Source: Octopus vulgaris (lineage: Eukaryota). From it: DNA of 64,000 bases. Both the position numbers and the translations under genes were made by a program. The notes below the pieces were generated by a model, which searched no databases, had not been told where the DNA came from, and saw nothing but the letters and a program-made list of their open reading frames with translations. Shown here piece by piece: positions 1-10,311 of this stretch; position 1 is the stretch's first letter; each line of letters begins with the position of its first letter. The stretch lies in NCBI GenBank assembly GCA_951406725.2, contig OX597816.1, positions 143,716,001 through 143,780,000 on the forward strand, written 5' to 3'.

Positions 1-185
1 TGCGTGTGTGCGTGCGTGTGTGTGTGACTGTGTGAATGTGTGTATGTGTGCATATGTGCGTGCGTGTGTGCGTGCAAAAGATTTACACACACAGTTGAAA
101 TGAGCGTTTTACAGGTACATGAGACACGTATGTCATCCATCAGACTTCCATCAATGCGTGTAGCTCTTTTAAACGTATGTGTGTG

Positions 186-225
<40 letters not shown>

Positions 226-231
226 CAGATA

Positions 232-625
232 CAGGAATGGCTGTGTGGTAAGTAGCTTGCTTACCAACCACATGGTTCCGTGTTCAGTACCACTGCGTGG
301 CACCTTCGGCAAGTGTCTTCTACTATAGCCTCGGGCCGACTAAAGCCTTGTGAGTGGATTTGGTGGACGGAAACTGAAAGAATCCCGTCGACATATGTAT
401 ATGTGTATGTATATGTTTGTGTGTCTGTGTTTGTCCCCCCAATATCGCTTGACAACCGATGCTGGTGTGTTTACGTCCCCGTTACCTAGCGATTCGGCAA
501 GAGAGGCCGATAGAATAAGTACTAGGCTTACAAAGAATAAGTCCTGGGTTCGATTTGCTCGACTAAAGGTGGTGCTCCAGCATGGCCGCAGTCAAATGAC
601 TGACACAAATAAAAGAATAAAAGAA
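232..625 (+). mobile_element. tRNA-derived SINE, family A (near full length, internal microsatellite)
   Basis: A-box-like TGGCTGTGTGG and B-box-like GTTCAGTACC head. Body recurs at 11135-11575(-), 11583-11925(+), 43030-43511(-) and 63650-63957(-). Tail GTGCTCCAGCATGGCCGCAGTC plus (TAAAAGAA)n. Confidence 0.85.
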
Positions 626-1067
626 AAAAAAAGAATATACATACATGTACATAAATATATACACACATATACACACACATACACATACATGTGTGCGTGT
701 GTGTGTGCGTGTGTGTGTTTGTGGCGTGTGTAAATATATATGCCCTTGATGGGGCAAACAAATCATTCGAAATTAAAATATCAGTCTGTTGCAAAACTTT
801 TTTTCCGTTCTTATTTTGAAATAACAGTTTCACAATACATTTATATATGTCTCACTTTTGTTAGTGGAGATATTGGTGGGATTACCGTTATTGTTTTTGA
901 GGAGCCTAAGTCAGAATCAGAGGAGTAGATCTAATTCTGGTGAATAAAAACACACACACGTGTGTATGTGTGTGTGTGTGTGTGTGTGCATACACATACA
1001 AAAACAAAGGAACACATGCGTGCGCGCACATAGACAGATATTTATATAAGCTGATGTTGACTAGTAT

Positions 1068-1139
<72 letters not shown>

Positions 1140-1251
1140 TAAACGGCCATAATAGGCCATTCACCCACTAGAAATAACAGCCAAAAGCTTTAACCGCAAA
1201 ATAACATCAATTCCGTAAACCAGGAGAAAATTAAAAAACATTTACCCTGTA

Positions 1252-1358
1252 ATTTCTTAGACGATGCACCGTTTCATCTACCGTTTAATGGTAAACTAAC
1301 CTGATTAAATTAAATCAAGCCAATCTACCATAGGCCCTTAGATTCATCAGTAAGAAAT
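1252..1358 (-). ncRNA. Type I hammerhead ribozyme (490-bp family, copy 1)
   Basis: Reverse complement of the 1970-2076 motif: AUUUCUUA-CUGAUGA-AUCUA...UAGAU-GAAA-CGGUGCAUCG-UC-UAAGAAAU. Confidence 0.85.
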
Positions 1359-1740
1359 ATTAAGTCGGAACAGATATTTTTCACGAGGCATTCCTCTTGC
1401 TACCTCGGCAATATCTGACCTAAAATTTTCAAATCGTCGCACTCGCGCCAAATTTATCGGCAGCAAATAAATATAAGCCACCGATTCCATTACGGAATTA
1501 ACCAGAAAATTCATAATTAATCAATATAGGGTGGCAAAAAAATTTTGTAGAATTCTTTTGCCACCAGCGGCCTAGTGGGAAAAAATTAAATAGTCATAAA
1601 CCATTTTTAAGTTCAACATCACAATCAAGGAACGGCCATAATAGGCCATTCACCCACTAGAAATAACAGCCAAAAGCTTTAACTGCAAAATAACATCAAT
1701 TCCGTAAACCAGGAGAAAATTAAAAAACATTTACCCTGTA

Positions 1741-1847
1741 ATTTCTTAGACGATGCACCGTTTCATCTACCGTTTAATGGTAAACTAACCTGATTAAATT
1801 AAATCAAGCCAATCTACCATAGGCCCTTAGATTCATCAGTAAGAAAT
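1741..1847 (-). ncRNA. Type I hammerhead ribozyme (490-bp family, copy 2)
   Basis: Same motif 489 bp from copy 1. Confidence 0.85.
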
Positions 1848-1969
1848 AGCCAAGTCGGAACAGATATTTTTCACGAGGCATTCCTCTTGCTACCTCGGCA
1901 ATATCAGGTCAGATATTGCCGAGGTAGCAAGAGGAATGCCTCGTGAAAAATATCTGTTCCGACTTGGCT

Positions 1970-2076
1970 ATTTCTTACTGATGAATCTAAGGGCCTATGG
2001 TAGATTGGCTTGATTTAATTTAATCAGGCTAGTTTACCATTAAACGGTAGATGAAACGGTGCATCGTCTAAGAAAT
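1970..2076 (+). ncRNA. Type I hammerhead ribozyme (490-bp family, copy 3)
   Basis: Stem I ATTTCTTA(1970-77)/TAAGAAAT(2069-76), CTGATGA 1978-84, stem II ATCTA/TAGAT, GAAA 2053-56, self-complementary stem III CGGTGCATCG, GUC triplet with predicted cleavage after 2068. Confidence 0.88.
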
Positions 2077-2459
2077 TACAGGGTAAATGTTTTTTAATTT
2101 TCTCCTGGTTTACGGAATTGATGTTATTTTGCGGTTAAAGCTTTTTGGCTGTTATTTCTAGTGGGTGAATGGCCTATTATGGCCGTTCCTTGATTGTGAT
2201 GTTGAACTTAAAAATGGTTTATGACTATTTAATTTTTTCCCACTAGGCCGCTGGTGGCAAAAGAATTCTACAAAATTTTTTGCCACCCTATATTGATTAA
2301 TTATGAATTTTCTGGTTAATTCCGTAATGGAATCGGTGGCTTATATTTATTTGCTGCCGATAAATTTGGCGCGAGTGCGACGATTTGAAAATTTTAGGTC
2401 AGATATTGCCGAGGTAGCAAGAGGAATGCCTCGTGAAAAATATCTGTTCCGACTTGGCT

Positions 2460-2566
2460 ATTTCTTACTGATGAATCTAAGGGCCTATGGTAGATTGGCT
2501 TGATTTAATTTAATCAGGCTAGTTTACCATTAAACGGTAGATGAAACGGTGCATCGTCTAAGAAAT
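2460..2566 (+). ncRNA. Type I hammerhead ribozyme (490-bp family, copy 4)
   Basis: Identical motif 490 bp after copy 3; predicted cleavage after 2558. Confidence 0.88.
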
Positions 2567-2785
2567 TACAGGGTAAATGTTTTTAATTTTCTCCTGGTTT
2601 ACGGAATTGATGTTATTTTGCGGTTAAAGCTTTTGGCTGTTATTTCTAGTTGGTGAATGGCCTATTATGGCCGTTCCTTGATTGTGATGTTGAACTTAAA
2701 AATGGTTTATGACTATTTAATTTTTTCCCACTAGGCCGCTGGTGGCAAAAGAATTCTACAAAATTTTTTTGCCACCCTATATTGA

Positions 2786-2873
<88 letters not shown>

Positions 2874-3340
2874 ATATATACATATATATGTATATATTAT
2901 ATACTTATATGATTTTAGCAATTTCAGAAGATTAACTCGGCACTCCTTCACTTATGCCGCCGACTGAAACCGCGCTTGCGCGGTGAATTTGAAAAATTAT
3001 AATTTATAATGATGAGACACATGTTATTCTGTCTCTATATTATATGTTAATGTTTTTGGCGTAGCCACTTTTCAGAACTCCGCCTAGCGAATTATTTTAT
3101 TTGCTAATTAGGGCAAAAACAAGGTAAAAGTTTTTATTATTCATTCCCTTCGAAATTGCTCTTAAATGTGGTTTTGGTCGTTTTGACTGCTTCTTCTAGC
3201 ATGTAAGGATGCCTGTTAAAGGTCGCCTCTTATGTGTTTAAATGTACACTAATTTTATATGTGTATATTATACATATATGCATACATATGTATATGTATG
3301 TATATATATATATTATATATATGTATATATATTATATATA

Positions 3341-4206
3341 TCCAGGCCCTGCGCTACCGGCATACAAAGGTAAACGACGTGCAGACTGGATACACTGGCC
3401 CAGGAAGAATTGCAATCCCTGAGTCAAAATCAGTGCGTGACCTGGGCATTGACAGGAGTAATGATGCATCTTTCCAAGTGCATATTACTAATCTGGTGAT
3501 AAAATGCTGACGGCTAGCTGGATGGATTCTCCGAACTTTCAGAACAAGAGAGAAGGAGACACTGATGGTCCTCTGAAAAACATTCGTCCTCAGCCGCTTG
3601 GACTACTGCTCCCAACTATGGTCACCACACAATATAAAACTAACAGCAGAACTCGAAGCAATTCAAAGAAGCTACACAAAGAAGATCGTCTCAATGCAAA
3701 ATATCAGCTACTGGGAAAGACTGAAAGTATTAAACCTCTTCTCCCTAGAGCGGAGGCGGGAGAGATATGCGGTGATATACATCTGGAAAATCCTGGAGGG
3801 TCTTGTCCCAACCTTTGGCATTCAAAGCTACCCCAACCGCAGAACGGGGCGCCACTGCATGGTGCCAAAGATTCCAACATCACCATCAAAATACAGGTCC
3901 AGATACTGCAACAGCTTGGGTTTCAGAGGAGCACAGTTCTTCAACATCTCCCTAAATGCCTGAGAGACTTACATGGTGTGGATGTGGGTTTCTTTAAAAC
4001 TAAACTGGATCTCTTCTTGTCGGGGTCCCAGATGAACCTACCTCACGACAGGAGACACAGATGCGAGCAGCAGCATCGAACTCCCTTGTTGATCAAGTGC
4101 CAGGTATCAGAGGTGGATTCACATATTAGTGTAGCTCATTCAGCGATGGTGCCCCAGCATGGCCGCAGTCTTCGGGCTAAAACATTTTTAAGGATTTAAG
4201 GATTTA
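3341..4206 (+). mobile_element. 5'-truncated CR1-group LINE (ORF2 C-terminus plus 3' UTR), frameshifted
   Basis: Translations VRDLG, YCSQLWSPH...LEAIQR...YWERLKVLNLFSLERRRER, typical of the post-RT region of CR1/L2-group ORF2. Ends in a tandem AAGGATTT tail. Confidence 0.85.
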
Positions 4207-4211
4207 TATCA

Positions 4212-4267
<56 letters not shown>

Positions 4268-4272
<5 letters not shown>

Positions 4273-4841
4273 AAATTCAAAATGCGATAAAATAAAATTA
4301 ATTATTATCGCTGGTGTTTCTAGCACTGGCCATATATTATTCATATATAAGTACATTAAAGGCGAAGTATGTACTAGAAACACAGAAGCTTGATAAATTT
4401 AGTGAAATGAAGATAAAAACTTTTACTAACTCTGTTCTTCTTAGACTGCAGTTTCGCCTTTTTCAGCAATAAAAATAATATTTATTTACTCAGGTAGGCT
4501 CTTCAGTAAGATTCCTGTTATTATGAAGCGCAACTCGATAGACACATGTGCGTCTACTAATTTGCTCTTTCTAACTAATCAGATCACTGCGCAGACGCAG
4601 AACGAACCCGACAAACTAGGGATTTCTGGTATATAGTCTAACGCTCAAAATTTATCGAGAAATATGTAAACAAATTCAAAATGCGATAAAATAAAATTAA
4701 TTATTATCGCTGGTGTTTCTAGCACTGGCCATATATTATTCATATATAAGTACATTAAAGGCGAAGTATGTACTAGAAACACAGAAGCTTGATAAATTTA
4801 GTGAAATGAAGATAAAAACTTTTACTAACTCTGTTCTTCTT

Positions 4842-4844
<3 letters not shown>
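4268..4844 (-). mobile_element. 1.44-mer of a 399-bp hammerhead-containing unit between (TA)n tracts
   Basis: 4268-4445 is repeated apparently identically at 4667-4844 (period 399); hammerhead at 4439-4511. Confidence 0.85.
4439..4511 (-). ncRNA. Type I hammerhead ribozyme (399-bp family)
   Basis: Minus strand reads UCUUA-CUGAAGA-GCCU...AGGC-GAAA-CUGCAG-UC-UAAGA. Palindromic stem III; cleavage predicted between 4444 and 4443. Confidence 0.85.
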
Positions 4845-4936
<92 letters not shown>

Positions 4937-5050
4937 CGCACACACGTATATGTATATATGTATATGCAAAAAATAATTTTTGTCTCTTATGGAAGTAAAA
5001 GGGTTTATAAGACTGCAAAAAAGAAGCGCTCAAATGTAATTGAGACGAAG

Positions 5051-5645
5051 ATAAAGAAACATTGGTCATAGAACAAACATCAAGTTCGAGTCAACGACTT
5101 ATATAATACCATACCTCCAAACATTTGATCATATACAAATATTATGATGGTTCTTAAGCATACATATATAAAATACACAGAAGGTAAATATATATATGCG
5201 AATAAAAATACAGATATATAGAACGGCCTATCAAAAGAGTATATAAATTTCTTTACATCAAAAGAGTATATACAATCGACTAAAATTCTAGAGCGTGTCA
5301 TGCTACTAAAAATTAACATAAAATAAACTAAATAAAATAAAATAAAATATCAATCGACTATTTTATTTTATTTAGGCTTATTTTATTTAAATTTTTAGTA
5401 GCATGACACGCTCTAGAATTTTCAGTCGATTGTATATACTCTTTTGATAGGCCGTTCTATATATTTGTATTTTTATTCGCATATATACTTTCATCTTCTG
5501 TGTTTTTTTTTTTTATATATGTATACATTATATGTTTAAGAACCATGGTAATATTTATATATGATCAAATGTTTGGAGGTGTGGTGTTATATATAAATTA
5601 GTTGACTCAAATTTGATGTTTGTTCTATGATCAATGTTTTTTTAT
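5051..5645. repeat. ~600-bp imperfect fold-back inverted repeat (arms ~300 bp, centre ~5355)
   Basis: For example TTCTAGAGCGTGTCATGCTACTAAAAATT (5287) pairs with AATTTTTAGTAGCATGACACGCTCTAGAA (5390), and CATAGAACAAACATCAA (5068) pairs with TTGATGTTTGTTCTATG (5613). Confidence 0.9.
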
Positions 5646-5697
5646 ATATGTATATATACATACACATATATATATCTATATCTATATATATATACAC

Positions 5698-5762
<65 letters not shown>

Positions 5763-6554
5763 CATACACACACATATATATTTATCTGTACACTCATGCA
5801 TATATATATAGATATATATATATATATGTTGTAGTTTGCTTGAAGCATTTTAAAGTATGTGAAACAATGAGCGTGCTAAATAATGTTAATGCAATACAGA
5901 AAAATCGTTAAACGTAAGTAATCAACAATAACAAAGATATTGAATAGCAGATTATAACTATTTAATGAGCCCTAATAATTCTAGTTAAAACTCCTTTCCA
6001 AAGGCTTAGAAGGGTGAGTGATCTAAAATTACGTGTCCATGTTTTCCGTGTGCTAAATTCTTCAGAACTAAAACTAAAAGTTGTAGAAAACAGAGGCTGT
6101 GAATTGTGTTCTACGAGTAGTGTCAGTGTGGGGTGATATGCGTGCAAGGTGTAACTGGGTGAAGCAGTATCTAAGTGGAAATTAAATTACAAAAATAAGT
6201 CAAACAATGTATCACCAAAATTGACATTTAATGTGAATAGTAATGTGAATAGAATTTACAATGGAATTGAAAACGTATTCAAGAAATAATTAATTTAACA
6301 AAGATTTCTACTGAGCAAGATAACTCTAGAGAATTTTAAATGATGAATTCCATCGCTAATATCACTTGATTCACAAAACTCTTTTCTCGCCTTACAACGT
6401 CTGCCACAGATTTATGTTTCTAACTCCCGGCAACAATCCGTTTTTGCAAGCAAACTTAATATTTATGGTTCAATTTTGATTTGAATCATTTTCTTTTTCA
6501 GGGGTTAGAATGAAAGAGAAATCAGGCCCTATGGATATATATATATATGTATAT

Positions 6555-7202
6555 AGTGAGGATTTACAAAACAAACAAAAAAAAGAAAAAACAACGAAGA
6601 CGGGTGTGTAAACAACAAACAGATGTATTTATTTACGCTCGGGAAGTGAGAAAGTCTTTTACGTTTCGAGCCTACGCTCTTCGACAAAAAAGAACACAGA
6701 AATAAGCAGGGAGTTTAAGGCAGTGAGCCGGAAGAAACGTTAGCACGCTGGGTGAAATGCTTAGCGGTATTTCGTCTACCGTTACGTTCTGAGTTCAAAT
6801 TTCGCCGAGGTCGACTTTGCCTTTCATCCTTTCGGGGTCGATAAATTAAGTACCAGTTACGCACTGGGGTCGATATAATCGACTTAATCCGTTTGTCTGT
6901 CCTTGTTTGTCCTCTCTGTGTTTAGCCCCTTGTGGGTAGTAAAGAAATACGAAATAGATATTTCGTCTGTCGTTACGTTCTGAGTTCAAATTCCGCCGAG
7001 GTCGACTTTGCCTTTCATCCTTTCGGGGTCGATAAATTAAGTACCAGTTACGCACCGGGGTCGATGTAATCGACTTAATCCCTTTGTCTGTCCTCGTTTG
7101 TCCCCTCTATGTTTAGTCCCTTGTGGGCAATAAAGAAATAAGAAATAAACAGGGAGAGAATATATAAAATATAAAAGGTTTAGTGGCTAGCGATCTATCA
7201 TG
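6555..7202 (-). mobile_element. Short non-coding repeat with a degenerate minimal hammerhead-like motif, split by a SINE insertion
   Basis: 6555-6713 plus 7141-7202 match 33196-33390 in reverse orientation. Motif TGTCGAAGAGCGTAGGCTCGAAACGTAAAAGA on the minus strand at 6655-6691. Confidence 0.7.
6714..7140 (+). mobile_element. tRNA-derived SINE, family B (Deu/Nin-like core), dimeric, with 16-bp target-site duplication
   Basis: B-box GAGTTCAAAT and core GCCTTTCATCCTTTCGGGGTCGATAAATTAAGTACCAG occur twice. TSD AGAAATAAGCAGGGAG (6698-6713) / AGAAATAAACAGGGAG (7141-7156). Confidence 0.85.
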
Positions 7203-8235
7203 ACGAATGATTTTGAAGACTGCGGAACAAATGATAATCAGATGGGGAAATGTCCGGCGAATATTGTGGGTGGGGCATCGTTTCCCATTCAAACTGCTCC
7301 AGCTTTTGGAATATCATTTTTGTTGTATGTGGCCGAGCATTATCCTTATGAAAGAATGCCTTTCATCTTAACACCAAAGATGGTCGTTTTTCTTCTAGTG
7401 CTGACTAAAGCCACTCAAGCTGCTCGCAGTAGATCTCCTTTGTTATCGTTTGATTTGGGTTTGAAAGTTCAAAGTGGACTAAACTTTTCATATCCCACCA
7501 AACACTTATATGGGTGAAAACCTTCTTTAGCCTGAGGTGCCGGTGTTTCTCCTTTACCTGCCCACTCTCTTCGGCGCTTGACATTTTTATAGAAAACCCA
7601 TTTCCCGTCACCATTTCTCGTCCCAAAACGGGTAATTCGTGAGACGTGACAGCAAAGAAGAGCACACATTCACTCTCTGCGCACGATTAGACACGGAAAG
7701 TTTATGAGGAAACCCATTGACCCAATTTGCTAACCTTTCCGATGGCACGCAGGTGTCGATGACTGGTTGAATGACCAAATCCAAGCTTCTCTACTAGTTC
7801 TTCAACACTTACATGGGATTTTGTTCAACCAGGGTTTGCAGGACGTCCTCGTCGAGCTCTACCAGGGCGACGCTCGTCTTCTAGGCTGAAGATTCCGGCT
7901 CGGAATTTCTGGAACCACAGTTGACACTGGATTACGCTTATTCTCTCATCCCCATATACAGCATTGATATTTCTCGCACTTTCCGTTGCGTCGTTGCTTT
8001 TATTGAACTCATAAAGCAAAATATGCCGAATATGCTCCTTTGTCACTTCCATTATAGCTTTGAAAAAATAACTGTTAAAGTCAAATTGCACTCTAAAACT
8101 TGCACCACGAATAAGTACAAGGTAAAATTACTACGTGCTTTTATAGCAAGTTGATGCAGGTAGTTTATCCCTTCCTCAACTGACTTTTAGTTCATGCAAT
8201 TGAAAAAACCGCATTACTTATAGGATGACCCAATA
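7203..8235 (-). mobile_element. Mariner (Tc1/mariner) transposon relic, frameshifted transposase
   Basis: MEVTKEHIRHILLYEF...ARNINAVYG...WFQKFRAG..SLEDE.RPGR (mariner HTH, ATG at 8052), DGDGKWVFY (~TGDEKW) and VWWDMKSLVHFE...YCEQL. TIR-like TATTGGGTCATCCTATAAGTAATGCG at the 8235 end. Confidence 0.9.
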
Positions 8236-8518
8236 TATAATTGATGGGGGAAACGGAAAATGGATTTGGTTCAAATCTTTATTCAATGTGACGATCGTTT
8301 TAATCCATACTGTAGCTGTCCCTCATGGTAGGTTATTGTGCATCTGGTTGTGTTGCTTCAATCAGTGTCACCTCAGATGTTTGGTATAAAAGATATCCTA
8401 CTGCATAAACTGACTTCCTCCAAGCATGTTATACTCACTCGTACGTATGGGTACACTAACAGAAAGTAGAATAATTCTGAGGTTATAACCTGCAAATGGG
8501 TCTGGTTACATATAGCAC

Positions 8519-8577
<59 letters not shown>

Positions 8578-8683
8578 TACACACAGAGAAGCACACAGAG
8601 ACACAGACACACACATATGGATATCTATCTATCTATATGTATATCTATATATACATACATACATGCATATATATATACATACA

Positions 8684-8738
<55 letters not shown>

Positions 8739-8923
8739 CTTCTTAAGAAAAAGTACTCATTCAAATAAGTAAAACATAATATCATGAATAGCGATAGCGA
8801 AACCGGTCGATATATTAAAAATTATATTAAAACTATGTAAGTGTACGTATTTTCCTTTTTAATTTCTTATATAAATTGCAACTCACCACGTGGGGATAAT
8901 CGAAATTCCTCCTTTCTCTTACT

Positions 8924-9018
<95 letters not shown>

Positions 9019-9751
9019 CGTCTGTGTTTATGATTACACCAGTGTATATACCGTTATTGCTTATGTTGTGTCATTTTTATGTCTCGGTAATTGGCGGTTC
9101 GATATATAGTAATCGATAAAACAAGTACTATTGTGAAATAATTACAACCACAACGTGTTCAAATAAAAATAAATCCTCATGAAGGCAGTGTTCTTGCATA
9201 ACAGCAGTCCACTGTCTGGAGGCAATAAAAGCGTGTACGTATGTGTATGTGAACATTGCGAGAACACACATGACGGCGAATACGCAAACAATCCAAGTGA
9301 GTGAGTGATATGCGAAATATTTGGTTGTTATTCCCTGTAGACCGGGCGACTAAATTGATAGGTTCTTTAAGAGCTTTGTTCGTATTTCTGCAATTCTACA
9401 AGATATCTTAACTTTGTTGGCTAGCTGAAGGTCTGTATGAGATTTGTTGTACTTCTCGGACAGATAGAATAAACATCCTTTCACTCTATCAACGTAAGCG
9501 CTGCTGTTTCAACAATGATTCCACATATTGATATGTTGTCAATTCCGTTTGTCTCCTTCATGTTCCGACAATGATGAAGCATTTCTTTTGTTCCAGTTCT
9601 TCTTTTTTCTCTTTCTGAACAAAATGTCTTATTGAATGAATGCAAAGTGTCTTAAGTATTCTGTGACGAAGTGTTAATCAAAATGATGTCGAGAGGAATT
9701 ACATTGGACTCAGAAAAATACGCAGAGGAAAGTGCATGGTACCTTACTCGT

Positions 9752-9821
<70 letters not shown>

Positions 9822-9887
9822 ATCAAACATCCTTGTTTAGAGACATACCTGCTGTGCAGCGTACTTTTCACTCAGATACAGATACAC

Positions 9888-10115
9888 AGGAGCTGGCAGA
9901 AACCTTAGCACGCCGGGCGAAATGCTTAGCGGTATTTCGTCTGCCGCTACGTTCTGAGTTCAAATTTTGCCGAGGTCGACTTTGCCTTCCATCCTTTCGG
10001 GATCGATTAAATAAGTACTAGTTGCGCACTGGGGTCGATATAATCGACTTAATCCCTTTGTCTGTCCTTGTTTGTCCCCTCTATGTTTAGCCCCTTGTGG
10101 GCAATAAAGAAATAA
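9888..10115 (+). mobile_element. SINE family B
   Basis: GAGCTGGCAGAA head, GAGTTCAAAT B-box, core and GGGCAATAAAGAAATA tail. Confidence 0.85.
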
Positions 10116-10264
10116 GATATACAGAGATATAGATATAGAGACATGATCACATGCATTCACTTAGACATACATTCGTGCATACAACTGGGGAAGCTTCTTC
10201 GTGGTTACTCGGCTTACAGTTAGGTAGTGCCGTCTGAAAACAGTAAAGTCGCATAGGATACTGT

Positions 10265-10311
<47 letters not shown>

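Larger units (their letters stand above)
1142..2792. mobile_element. Palindromic double tandem array of a 489/490-bp hammerhead-containing unit (retrozyme / Penelope pLTR-like)
   Basis: Unit repeats at 1142 and 1631 (period 489), inverted after 1905, period 490 in the right arm (1906, 2396). Flanked by (TA)n on both sides; four hammerhead motifs. Confidence 0.85.

Noticed and set aside
3504-4199. 231-aa ORF as a host gene
   Set aside because: Shifted-frame read of the CR1-group LINE relic.
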